64,000 nt of DNA from Candidatus Eremiobacteria bacterium (GCA_963758295.1 CAVWUU010000004.1:448001-512000); one strand, 5' to 3'. Positions 51,803 through 61,874 are shown, numbered from the stretch's first letter. Program-made: numbers and translations. The notes: generated from the sequence alone by a model not told the origin.

Positions 51803-54800
51803 TTACGGCTCGGGTGACGGACTTGCGACGGGTGCAGCGGCCGGCGGCCGTTGGGGACGAACGATGTACAAGCCGAGCGCCTTCGCGTAGTTGACTTCGG
51901 GTGTCATGTAACCGTCGTAGCCGCGTTTGAGCAGGTCGTCCGGCGCTGCTGCCGCGACGCGGCCGCACATCAACAACGCGCCAACCATCGCCGGATCGCC
52001 CGGTACCAGTTCGTAGAACACGTTTCCGCCCTTCGCTTGGTGCGACGAGACCGTCCAGAGCGACGGTTTTACACCATTCGCAAAATAATTTTGCAATTGC
52101 GCGAGGCCTTGGGTAGCCATGTTGCGCAGGTCCGGCGTACAGGTGTCGGCCGCGGTGCGTACTTGGAACGGCTTCGACGGCGGTGACGAAGGCAATGCGT
52201 AGACGCGGAAGCTTTCCTGGCCGGCTTGCGCCTGACGGAACATTACGTAGAGACCGGTTTCCGGCATGAACGTGATTTGCGGTGCGGCAAAGACGCCGTT
52301 CTGCGGCGCGTAAAGGTGCCGCGAGGTGAGATCATCGGGCTGCGCCATGTGCATGGAGAAGCAACCGATGTACGCGCGCATTGCCGTATTACCGCGACCG
52401 TTGCCGCGCGCAGTGCCTGCATTTGAGCCACGTGCAGACGGCGACGGGCTTGGTGCAGCCGCCTGTTCCGACGCGAGGCGTGCCTGCGGCAGCGCGCCCA
52501 GTTTCGGCACGATGGTCAATGCATACGTCGAACCCATGCCGTGATACGTCACCGTCGCATCATCGAGTTGCGGCGACGGCATCGAAGAGGGATAGCCCGC
52601 CGCCGTCTTCGACGCTTCGATTTGAGTTTGATAGGCTTTCAGTTCGCCGGAGATCTTTTGCGCGACGGCCTGAGCGTCGCTCGTGCACAGTTGCGACGCG
52701 GTGTTCACATCGAACGGCGCAGCGGGCGGCGCTGAAGGGAGCGGCTGCAGCAAGTTGCGGAATCCGCCTCCGCGGCCGTTTCCGCCGCCGCCGCCCGGAC
52801 CACCCGGTCCGCCGGGGGCTTCCGGCCCGCCGCGACCGCCGAAGCCGCGTTCGCCGCGGCCAATCGACGGCATCGACGGTTGCGAGAGCGTCTGCGCACC
52901 GGATCCGAACTTCAAGGAATAGGTGAACGGAATAGGTACGCGGCGTGAGCGGACGAGCGACGGTTGCGATGGTCGTGCCGTTCGCCGTGTAGTACGGCAG
53001 CGAGTTCGCGGGACTCGCGAAGATGCCGCCGTAGGCATTCGTGATATTACTCGCGGCGATTGTAAGCGTTCCCTTAGTTAAGTTGCGCGCTTACGCCCGC
53101 ATCGAAAGTGGTGTACGCAGGCAAATTGTTGGGGTTGTTCTTCGCGGTAAATTGGGCGTCGGCGAGCCACTCCAGCATCGAGTGCGGCGATTTGTAGTCC
53201 AGCACTAAACCGGCCTTTTGCATGGGCACGTTCGGCAACTGTTGGCCCGAGATCGTGATGGAGTACGGATTGTCGATGCGCGGATCGTTGGAGATTGCTT
53301 TAGAGATGTTGACGTTGTAATACGGCTGTACGACGAGGTTACCGAACGTCAGGAACCCGCCGATCGACCCGCCCTCGTACATCCGCCGAACGTTGCCCAC
53401 GGGCGAACTGAAGTACAGCTGGCTTGCGTTGAACGGCGTTGCGGCCGAAGCGCCGCATCCGGCCGGCGAGTCGTAAAGCGCTTGCACCTGCCCCAGATAC
53501 GAGGGAGAAATCGTCCCGTTTGCCACGAGCGCGGTGCCGTTGACCTGGACCGGCAGAACGACGCCGTTTTGCGTTTGGCGATACAACTGGAAGTTCAAGT
53601 TTCCGCCGTGGAACGAGCGGGTGTAGCCGACGCGCTCGGAAACCGACGAACTGCCTTCGGGCTCGTCGCCGGGCGCGTTTCCGTATGCCACGTTCCCGTT
53701 GCAATCGAAGCGCAGTGAGGCAGGGTCGGTAAGAATCGTCGAACGGCTCGGCGAGGCAGCGACGCCGCCCAACGAATAGGATCCGGTAAACGCGTCGACG
53801 TTCGTCGGGCGCCATGCTGCGCCCAAGCTTCCGAGCACGCTCGACTGCGATCCCGTCGCGCGGCTTGCGCCGAAGGATTCGCTCAGCGTGAGCTTGTCGT
53901 TCGAATGCACGCTGTCGGTGACTTGCAGCGCGGAGTAGTTCGTGTTCTGCAAACCGGTATAGTAGGGGCGCGCCGAATCGACGAGCGGAGTTGTCGTAAG
54001 GTCGCTCCAGGTTCCGTAACTCTGGATAGAAATCGTGTGCCGCTCGCGCGCCGGCAGCGTGGCGTTCACCGTGAAGCCGTGCGAAGCAGAGTCAGTCGAG
54101 TAGCCGATCGGCGAAGCCTCGCCGTTCACGAAACGGTTCAATTCATCTTGGAGGTTGCTGAAGACATCGGAGTACACTGATGCCTGAATCGTCGTTTCGC
54201 CGACGAGCGCATTGTCCATGAGCGAGTACATTTGCATGTTGCCGTTCGTCGTGTTGTTCGGACCGTATCCGCAAGGCAGCTCGCCGGTAATGCGCAGGCA
54301 GACAAGGTTCGTCGAACGGTTGGAGTCCATGAACGTGCCGGTCAGCGTTTGTGAATCGCTGAACTGATAGCGTAGTTTGGCGAGATTGCCGTAGATCTTC
54401 GAATCGCCGTTGTGCGAATAGTCCAGGCCGCTGGCGTCGGCATACGTCTCGCCGTCCACGAAGCTGGGATTTGCGCGGTAGGTCGTTTGCGCGGCAATGC
54501 CGAGCTTCCCGACCGATCCGCTTTCGGCCACCGAGTAGTTGTTACGGCCGTTGCTTCCTACCGAGACGGAGTCGGTCGAGAGCCAGCTCAGCGTTGGCTG
54601 GATCGTCGAGAAGTTCACGCCGCCGCCGAGGCCGCCGAGTTGCGGTCCGTTGTGTACCGATGCGCCGCTGAAAAGATCGGTGGCGAAGGAGCCGAGATTG
54701 CCGGCGGAACCAGGGGCATTCAGCGGAATGCCGTCCAGCGTCAACTGGGTTTGGCTCGCATCGTGGCCTTCGAGCGACACGGTTTGCGTCGCGTCGCTAT

Positions 54801-55293
54801 CATCGCTCGACGTAGAAACGGAAACGCCGGAAAGTTTATTCAGTGCGTCGGACAGATCGTTCGAAAGTTTGCGTTGCGCAGAATCGGGGCCGATTGACGA
54901 GGTTGAGATGACGGCCGAGGAACGCGCGACGACGGTCCCGATCACTTTCAAACTCGTGGACAACGCAAGTGACACGTTCACGGTGACGTAGCGGCCGTTC
55001 ACCACCTCGAAAGGCACCGACGTTACTAGCTGGTAACCGCTCTTCGCAATGCGCGCGCGATAGATGCCGTCCGGAACGTCGGTAAAGAGCACCTGTCCGT
55101 TTTGGCGCGTCAACTCACTCGTAATAACGGGGCCGTCCAAGACGACGCGAGCTAGATCGATCGGTAGTTTTGCCGACTCGTCCGTGACGACGATTCGAAT
55201 CTGTCCGCTGTCGCTTTGCGCCCATCCCGGCGACGGGAGGATCGTGAGCGCCACAAATATGGAAAAAAGAGCTGCGAAGGTTCGACGCACCAT
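51803..55293 (-). CDS. TonB-dependent-receptor-like outer-membrane protein with a long C-terminal extension, split by two apparent frameshifts (about 53079 and 52927)
   Basis: Signal peptide, carboxypeptidase-regulatory-like N domain, plug-like LSGVSV...TLDGIPL, late barrel motifs LPAYTTFDAGV and PRTYSVTYSLKFG after correction. Confidence 0.75.
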
Positions 55294-55317
55294 GGTTTTA
55301 GATTTTCACTTGCCCGG

Positions 55318-55335
55318 CTGATAAAAAGCTGAATT
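55318..55335 (-). promoter_or_regulatory. OmpR-family direct-repeat site upstream of the receptor gene
   Basis: Minus strand AATTCAG-cttt-TTATCAG, 11-bp period. Confidence 0.55.
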
Positions 55336-55337
55336 CC

Positions 55338-56746
55338 TTACAAGGTAATCGTTACGGTCGTTCCGCGCGCGGGAGCGCTCGACAAGCGGATCGTTCCGCC
55401 GGCCCTTTCCACGGCTCGCTTGCTATTGCGAGTCCCAGGCCGCTCCCAGCAATTTCGCCGCGCTGATCGCCGCGATAGAAACGTTCGAACGCGTGCAGTT
55501 GTTCCGACTCGGTCATCCCGGGACCCTCGTCGGCGACCGTAATGGTGGTATGGCCGGCGTTCGCGCCTGCCGCCAAGTGAATGGGTGCCTCCGGCGCATA
55601 TTTCAAGGCATTTTCGACGATGTTCCAAATGGCGTCGCCTAGCTCAACGCGGTCGCCGACGATCGATCTTACGCCATCGACGCTGTAGTCGACGATCCTG
55701 GCTGTCGTCAAGGCGTTTTGCCGCATCGACCTGACTGCGAAGCAGCTCCGACAAATCGATCGTTTCCACGCGAGGAGGCGTGTCCGAATCGAGCCGTGCC
55801 AAGCGCATGAGCCGGTCGATGAGCGTCCGCATGTGTTCTTTCTCGAACGCCATGGTGGCGAGAATCTGACGCGCTATCGTCGGCTCCTCGATTGCGCCCC
55901 GACGCAACACGTCGATGTAGCCGCCGATTACGGTAAGCGGCGTACGAAGTTCGTGTCCCGCATCGGCGACGAATTGCCGCATGCGTTCTTCCGTCCGCTG
56001 CCGTTCGCCATGGCCCCTGCGACGTTTGCTGCAGCGTCGTTATAGGCGGCGGTCAGGGTGCCGATTTCGTCGCCGCCCGGCGCCAAAAAGCGTCGCTGCG
56101 TAAAGTCGCCTTCCGCAAGCGCGCGAAGCGCGTCGGTGACGTCGGCGATTGGGCGCAGGGCCTGGCGCGCGAAAAAGCGCCCGATGAACCAGGAAAGCAC
56201 GATCGAAATTACCGCGAGCGTAACGACGACGCGCCAATACGGTAAGAGCGAAACGAGCAACAGCGGCAACGAAGGTGAGAACGCGACAAAACCGCCGTCC
56301 ACCGCCGTGAGCGCAAACGGCTCCGCGGGCCCGATGGCACGATAACCGCCCGGATGCTGCATCTCCATTGCTTCGCCTAACCGGCTCGTGGGTTCGGGCG
56401 GCGGCAACTCTTCTTTGCCGCTTAGCACAGCATTCAGAACGGGTGGACGAAGCGTCTTATCGCCGGCCAAAAAGCGTCCGCGCTTGTCGAATACCGCGAC
56501 GCGCAAACCGATGCCGCTCAGAGCGTTGACGATTTCCGGCGCGGCTTGCTGGAGCGAGAGCCCCTCGGCTTTGTACTGCTCGGTGAGTATGCGCGCTTCT
56601 TCGTGCTTTGCGATAACGATGTCGCTCGTAAAGTTCGTCAGTTCCATGACGAGCGCGATGCTCGAGGCGAGAATGACGAGCAGAATCGTAATACCAAGAA
56701 GCGTCGCGTACAACCACGACAGCCGGGATGCGAGAGATTGCTTCAT
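55338..56746 (-). CDS. HAMP-containing sensor histidine kinase, with three apparent frameshifts
   Basis: Two TM, HAMP (DEIGTL), ADAGHELRTPL, NIVENALKY, DEGPG, GSGLGLAI spread over ORFs 55928-56746, 55644-55982, 55352-55726 and 55338-55628. Confidence 0.88.
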
Positions 56747-56749
56747 GCG

Positions 56750-57438
56750 TTACTGCGAAAGCCCGTAACCGACGCCGCGAACCGTGCGGATGAAAGAGCC
56801 GGGTTCGCCGGGCCGGTCGATCTTCGAACGCAAGTACGAGATATACGTTTCGACGATGTTCGGGCCGCCTTCGAAATCGTGACCCCATACGATCTCGAGC
56901 AGATGATCTTTGCTGAAGACGCGCCGCGGCTCGCGCATGAAACACCGAAAGCAAATCGAACTCTCGCTGCGTCAGATCGATTGATTCTTTGCCTCGCCAG
57001 GCTTCGCGCGTGGACGGGTTCACGGACACATCGTGCCAGCGAACGATATTTTCTTCGATGAGTTGCGGGCGCCGCAGCTTGGCTTGCAAGCGTGCAATGA
57101 GCTCTTCGAACACAAACGGCTTCACCAAATAGTCGTCTGCGCCGGCGCTCAAACTCGCAACTTTTCCTTCGGTATCGCCCTTGGCGGTTAGCATGAGGAT
57201 CGGCGCTTGCGTGAGTTCGCGGAGCTTTGGCAGCAACGTAATACCGTCGATTTTCGGCATCATGATGTCGAGAACGATCACTTCGGGATCGAAGCGACTG
57301 TACGAGGTCCAGCGCCGCACTACCGTCGGCGGCCGTCTCGACTTGATAGCCTTCGCGAGAAAGCCCCAGTTGGAGCATTTCGCGAATCATGCGGTCGTCG
57401 TCGATCACGGCGACACGAGCGTTGAACATACCGAGCAT
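56750..57438 (-). CDS. OmpR/PhoB-family response regulator, with two apparent frameshifts
   Basis: VIDDD, LDIMMP, ADDYLVKPF, LTQREFDLL, VETYISYLRSKI...TVRGVGY. Confidence 0.9.
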
Positions 57439-57465
57439 TTCTACGGCATATCATCGCGCCTACCC

Positions 57466-57483
57466 CTGAAAGGCAACTGAAAG
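57466..57483 (-). promoter_or_regulatory. OmpR-family direct-repeat autoregulatory site
   Basis: Minus strand CTTTCAG-ttgc-CTTTCAG, 11-bp period, 27 nt upstream of the regulator ATG. Confidence 0.65.
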
Positions 57484-57486
57484 AAA

Positions 57487-57942
57487 TCAAGCGGCGTGCA
57501 GTGGTGAATGCCAGCGGCGATATGTTCCTCCGGAGATGAGCGCCGCTTGACGGATCGCTTCTAAGGGGTGGGAAATGAGCGTCACGCCCGAGCGGCGCAA
57601 TCCGGCGACAAGGACGTCATCCGGGAACCACCGCGCGAACAAGTGCACTTCCGCCGTACCTGCCGCCTCGGCTAGAAGGGCGAGGACGTCGGCGAGGCTG
57701 CATTCGACCCGGGTGAGGAGCCGCTCGACGACTTCAGTGCGGAATCGCGGGCCGTTCCACCCGGCCGCCATGACGAGGACCTTCGAAAGATCCGCTGCCT
57801 CCGTCGACTCGAAGTCGACGAGAGCCGCTTTTACGTTGGCCGCGATCAGCGGATCGGTCTGCGCGTGCAGCGTAGCCCCTGCGATCGTTGCGTGCGGGCC
57901 GGCCGTGAGGAGGGCGCCGGAACCGATGACGTAGTCGTTCAT
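57487..57942 (-). CDS. Hypothetical protein
   Basis: 151-aa ORF with normal codon usage; no motif recognised. Confidence 0.65.
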   Translation of the reverse strand: MNDYVIGSGALLTAGPHATIAGATLHAQTDPLIAANVKAALVDFESTEAADLSKVLVMAAGWNGPRFRTEVVERLLTRVECSLADVLALLAEAAGTAEVHLFARWFPDDVLVAGLRRSGVTLISHPLEAIRQAALISGGTYRRWHSPLHAA

Positions 57943-57985
57943 GCCCTTAGGATCGCACCGGCGAATGCCAACTGCATGGCATTCA

Positions 57986-58016
57986 AAAATAAAGAGGCGC
58001 CGCTAATCGGCGCCTC
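57986..58016 (-). terminator. Intrinsic terminator after the HD-GYP gene
   Basis: Minus strand GAGGCGCCG-attag-CGGCGCCTC followed by TTTATTTTT. Confidence 0.85.
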
Positions 58017-58058
58017 CGCCCACACCCGGTCGCGGGTTTTTCCCTCGAGCGCCGGACG

Positions 58059-59045
58059 TTACGCCGAGGAAAGGTGAAGGTTCGCGTGCGACACGATCGG
58101 CGTTCGCTTTGCGAACATGCCAAGCATCGCGTCGACGACGTCGGGATCCCATTGACGGCCGCGGCCCGCTTCGAGAATCGCAAGCGCTTGCCGCGGAGGG
58201 ATCGGATTGCGGTACGGACGCTCGCTGATCATCGCGTGGAACGCGTCGGCCACGGCCACGATGCGGGCTTCGAGCGGGATGCTCGTGCCGGCCAAGCCGT
58301 CGGGATAGCCGGCACCGTCGTACCGCTCGTGGTGAGCACGAACGATGAGCGAGCAGCGTTGCAGCGTCGGAATTTGATTGAGCACTCGTGCGCCGGCAGC
58401 GGCGTGTTCCCGCATGATGTCCCACTCGTCGGGGGTCAGCGGCCCGTTCTTCAGCAGAATGGAATCGGGCGTCGAAATCTTGCCGATGTCGTGCAGCAGG
58501 GCGCAGAGCGAGATGAACTCGGCCATCTCTTCATGGCATCCCATGGCGAGAGCAAGGCGGCGCGCCCATTCGGCGGTCGCTTTGGAGTGACAGCACGTCC
58601 CATGATCGCGTTCGGACAACATGGCGAGCAGGGCGTTTGTACTTTCGGAATAGCCCGCTTCCCCATGCTCTTCCACTTCGGCGCCGAGGGCGCCGCGCTC
58701 GATTTCCCGTACGAGGACGTCTAGAAACGCCAGCAGGCGACCGTGTTCGACGTCGAACGGCGCGGCCGCAAGAGCGATCGCGTGGACGGCGGCGGCGGAC
58801 ACATCGATAACGCCGGCCTTCCCTAGGGCGGCGGTTTCGCGTTCAGACCAGCTCAGCAAACCGACTGGCTTCGCCAGAGTAAGAGACAGACAAAGCCGGT
58901 CCAGCAAGACTTCTAAGACTTGCTCCGTGCGGCGGTGGCTGGCAAGCGAGGACAAGGTAACGTGCTCGAACGCTTTATGCGCGAGCGCAGAGAGATCTTG
59001 CCCAAGAGCGGCTCCCAGAGCCGAAAGCGTACGAACCGAGGACAT
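58059..59045 (-). CDS. HD-GYP domain protein (predicted cyclic dinucleotide phosphodiesterase) with an unrecognised helical N domain
   Basis: ALLHDIGK, HHERYDGAGYPDGL, VADAFHAM...RPY; likely start MSSVRT at 59045. Confidence 0.92.
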   Translation of the reverse strand: MSSVRTLSALGAALGQDLSALAHKAFEHVTLSSLASHRRTEQVLEVLLDRLCLSLTLAKPVGLLSWSERETAALGKAGVIDVSAAAVHAIALAAAPFDVEHGRLLAFLDVLVREIERGALGAEVEEHGEAGYSESTNALLAMLSERDHGTCCHSKATAEWARRLALAMGCHEEMAEFISLCALLHDIGKISTPDSILLKNGPLTPDEWDIMREHAAAGARVLNQIPTLQRCSLIVRAHHERYDGAGYPDGLAGTSIPLEARIVAVADAFHAMISERPYRNPIPPRQALAILEAGRGRQWDPDVVDAMLGMFAKRTPIVSHANLHLSSA

Positions 59046-59077
59046 TGATGGATACCGAAAGCGAAAAGCTGCTCGGG

Positions 59078-59146
59078 TTAGCCCATTCCGGTCGGGGGAT
59101 AGTTGCACGCGACGACAAAGGCGGCGATGGCGAGAAGGGTGATCAT
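59078..59146 (-). CDS. Unannotated 22-aa peptide MITLLAIAAFVVACNYPPTGMG
   Basis: Manual translation; GAGGA RBS 12 nt upstream; mostly G/C-ending codons; hydrophobic N-half. Confidence 0.7.
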   Translation of the reverse strand: MITLLAIAAFVVACNYPPTGMG

Positions 59147-59187
59147 GTAATTTGGGCTTCCTCAATAAAAACGAGTTGTCTGCCCAA

Positions 59188-59234
59188 AAGATAGCCTAGG
59201 CCAATCGGCCCGGTCCCTACTTAGTTTTAAGTAG
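59188..59234 (-). promoter_or_regulatory. Palindromic operator and activator-dependent promoter for the peptide/HD-GYP unit
   Basis: CTACTTA-N4-TAAGTAG at 59217-59234, then 23 nt, then a TATCTT -10 (59188-59193); no consensus -35. Confidence 0.7.
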
Positions 59235-59240
59235 AGCCGT

Positions 59241-61874
59241 TTACAGCGCGTCCTCCAAGTACCCCATGCGCCGTGCGGTCGCTATTGCTTCCGCTCTACC
59301 GTGACAGCCGAGCTTCTCTATCAGGTTTTGAATATGGGTCTGAACCGTATAAACGCTACGCTCCATCTCGGCTGCTATATCCTTGGTCGTTAAGCCGCTC
59401 GCCAAAGAGCGAATGATGCGGAGTTCCGAGGGTGTTAGCTTGATGAAGACCTCTTGGGTGTGCGACGACTCGACGTACGTGGCGCTCGCCCGCAGATAGC
59501 GCCCGTAGTTTCCGAAGCCGAAGCTTTCGAGAGCCGCGATTCGCAACGCGATATCGTCCGGCACGTAAGACGCGCTCTTCGCCGCGCGTGACAACTGCTC
59601 GACCGCCTCTCGCATGCATACCATCGCTTCGGTAGAGCAGATCGGCGGCCGCTTCAAGATTCGCTGCGCTGCCGTGTGGCGGCCGCTAAGGGCTTCCGCC
59701 ATCGCGCTCAGCAGCAACGCCGCTTCGTAAACGGCGCTGCCGTATTCCCCCGGTGAACCCGAGGGCAGCTTGTCGAGGACGCCTTCCACGGCCTCGGCGC
59801 TCTCCTTAGCTTTGGAGTTCAGGGCCAGGCACAAGGCGCGGAATGCCGCGGTCGCGGCACGATCGGCGGCATGCGCCGACCGTTCTTGGACGATGCCGAA
59901 GAGACGCGCGGCCTCCGCAAACTCTCCGTTCCACGCATGACGGTGGGCTTGGCTCGCCATGACGTATGGTGCGCGCATGGTGTCGCTCGGCCGGAGATCC
60001 GCCAGCTGACGCTCGATTTGGAGCGAGCGCTCGGCATTGCCGCGCTTGATTTCTTGCGCGAGCATTTGCAGGAGCGAGATCTGCAAATCAAAGTAATCGC
60101 CGGCTTTCGTAGCGGCGGCCGCTGCCTGCTGCGAATACCATGAAGCTAGGCTCGTATCGCCGTCGCCGAGCGCCGCACACGCGGAGAGCGCCTGATACGC
60201 GCGCGAGGCGAGACTCCAGAGGCCGCTCGACGACGCGAGCTCCGCGGCTTTTTCTTGATAGCTCTTCGCACGATCGATATCGCCGCTCTCCTGGCGCGCG
60301 AGGCCGATACGTTGCAAGAGTTTGGCGAGCAGCGGAACCTCGATCACGTCGTCGAGCGATCCCTCCACGACGGTGATGTTTGCGGCCGCGCGCTGAACGT
60401 CGCCCGTGCGCACCGCAAAGACCGCGAGCATTGCGCGCGCTTCCAGTTTCGTTGTATCAGGCGCGTCGCTTTCGAGCAGCGAAAGGAGCAGCTCGTTCGG
60501 ATCGCGTCCCTGATTGACCAAGAACATCGCGAGCCGCAAAACCAGGTCTGCGCGAACTCGCGGATCGCCGCCCAAGCGAATAGCACGCTGCAGATGACGT
60601 TCGCCGGAATCGTAGCGGCCGGCTGCGATTTCGAGGATTCCTTTGAGGCCGTTCAAGATCGCTTCGCGCGCGTGCATCGGCGGCGGAATCGCTTCCAACG
60701 CACGCGTCACGACGTCGCCATGCCCCTGCGTAATCAGATACATGCCGTGCGCGAGCAATAGCTGGACCATGTGTTCCGGGCTGCCGGCATCGACGAAAAG
60801 ATTCAGCGCCGCATCGAAGTCGCCGCGCTTCTGCAGCACGGCGCCGAGCGTTACCCGGCGTTCGAGCGCTACGCGCTTTCCTTGCAACGCCAATTGGTGC
60901 TGGACGAATTCACGGAACAGATCGTGCAGGCGATACCCGGCGGCGTGCTCGTGAATGAATGCAACGCGTTGACGCAAATCTTCGATCATCGCAGCGGCTC
61001 GATCGAAGCCCGCCTCGGTCATCACGTCGACGTTGATCTCGGAAAGCAGCGAAGCGCTCTCGATAAAGCAGCGTTCTTCTTCATTCAGCGTCGCGTAGAC
61101 TTGCTCGGCGAGATAACGGTAGATCATCTCGCGCGTCATCGTCGAGATGTTGCGCAGATCGATCGAACGCGTCGACGAACGCAGGGCGAAACTGATTGCC
61201 GTCGCCCAGCCGTCGGTCAAATGCAGAAGATCGTAAAGCTCTTCGTCTCGCACGCCCAGGCGGAACGTGCGCGCGGCTTCTTTCGCCTCGTCGACGGAAA
61301 ACTTCAGGTCGTGTTCGTCGATGGCAAGGTCGCTATCGCCATACGCGAGCCAGGTGCCGATCGGGAGACCGAGCGTCGAGCGCGACGCAATGATCCATTG
61401 CACGCGCCCCTTCGTGCGTTCGATGAGCGCGCTCAAGAAACGCGTCACTTCGCGGTCTTCTTGCGCCACGTGCAAATCGTCGATGGCGATGACGCCTCGA
61501 TATGACTTCACGTGGGAGTGCATCCAAAGGGCCAGGTCCGCGCCGGGATTGGCAGATCCGGCGTTCTTCTCGTAGGCGCCCGGCAACGTGGCGCGCGCGT
61601 CGGGAGCGATTTCGATCAGCGCGTCGGCGAAGCCGCGCAAAAAGCCGAGCAGTGCCCCGTGGTCGCTTCTCACGTCAAAGCGAACGCACGACTCCTTGCT
61701 TGCCTCCAAGAATTGAGCTAACGCCACCGACTTGCCGTATCCGGCAGGCGCTACGATCAGCACGACACGCTGCATTGCTGCAGACGCGATCCGATCGATT
61801 ACGCGACGGCGCACGATCGGTACAAAAACTCCGCCGGTCTCTATGGTGCCGTCGGAGCGAACGGGCCGGATCAT
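59241..61874 (-). CDS. MalT-like STAND ATPase with helical-repeat sensor region and C-terminal LuxR HTH
   Basis: APAGYGKS Walker A, IAIDDLH Walker B, TDGW, YRLHDLFREF, LTPSELRII..LASG.TTKDIA...TVQTH..N...KLG. Confidence 0.93.
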   Translation of the reverse strand: MIRPVRSDGTIETGGVFVPIVRRRVIDRIASAAMQRVVLIVAPAGYGKSVALAQFLEASKESCVRFDVRSDHGALLGFLRGFADALIEIAPDARATLPGAYEKNAGSANPGADLALWMHSHVKSYRGVIAIDDLHVAQEDREVTRFLSALIERTKGRVQWIIASRSTLGLPIGTWLAYGDSDLAIDEHDLKFSVDEAKEAARTFRLGVRDEELYDLLHLTDGWATAISFALRSSTRSIDLRNISTMTREMIYRYLAEQVYATLNEEERCFIESASLLSEINVDVMTEAGFDRAAAMIEDLRQRVAFIHEHAAGYRLHDLFREFVQHQLALQGKRVALERRVTLGAVLQKRGDFDAALNLFVDAGSPEHMVQLLLAHGMYLITQGHGDVVTRALEAIPPPMHAREAILNGLKGILEIAAGRYDSGERHLQRAIRLGGDPRVRADLVLRLAMFLVNQGRDPNELLLSLLESDAPDTTKLEARAMLAVFAVRTGDVQRAAANITVVEGSLDDVIEVPLLAKLLQRIGLARQESGDIDRAKSYQEKAAELASSSGLWSLASRAYQALSACAALGDGDTSLASWYSQQAAAAATKAGDYFDLQISLLQMLAQEIKRGNAERSLQIERQLADLRPSDTMRAPYVMASQAHRHAWNGEFAEAARLFGIVQERSAHAADRAATAAFRALCLALNSKAKESAEAVEGVLDKLPSGSPGEYGSAVYEAALLLSAMAEALSGRHTAAQRILKRPPICSTEAMVCMREAVEQLSRAAKSASYVPDDIALRIAALESFGFGNYGRYLRASATYVESSHTQEVFIKLTPSELRIIRSLASGLTTKDIAAEMERSVYTVQTHIQNLIEKLGCHGRAEAIATARRMGYLEDAL

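Noticed and set aside
59046..59165. N-terminal extension of the HD-GYP ORF from the TTG at 59165
   Set aside because: Arg-rich, non-protein-like sequence; the GAGGA RBS and codon usage fit the 22-aa ORF in another frame, and an ATG at 59045 fits better.
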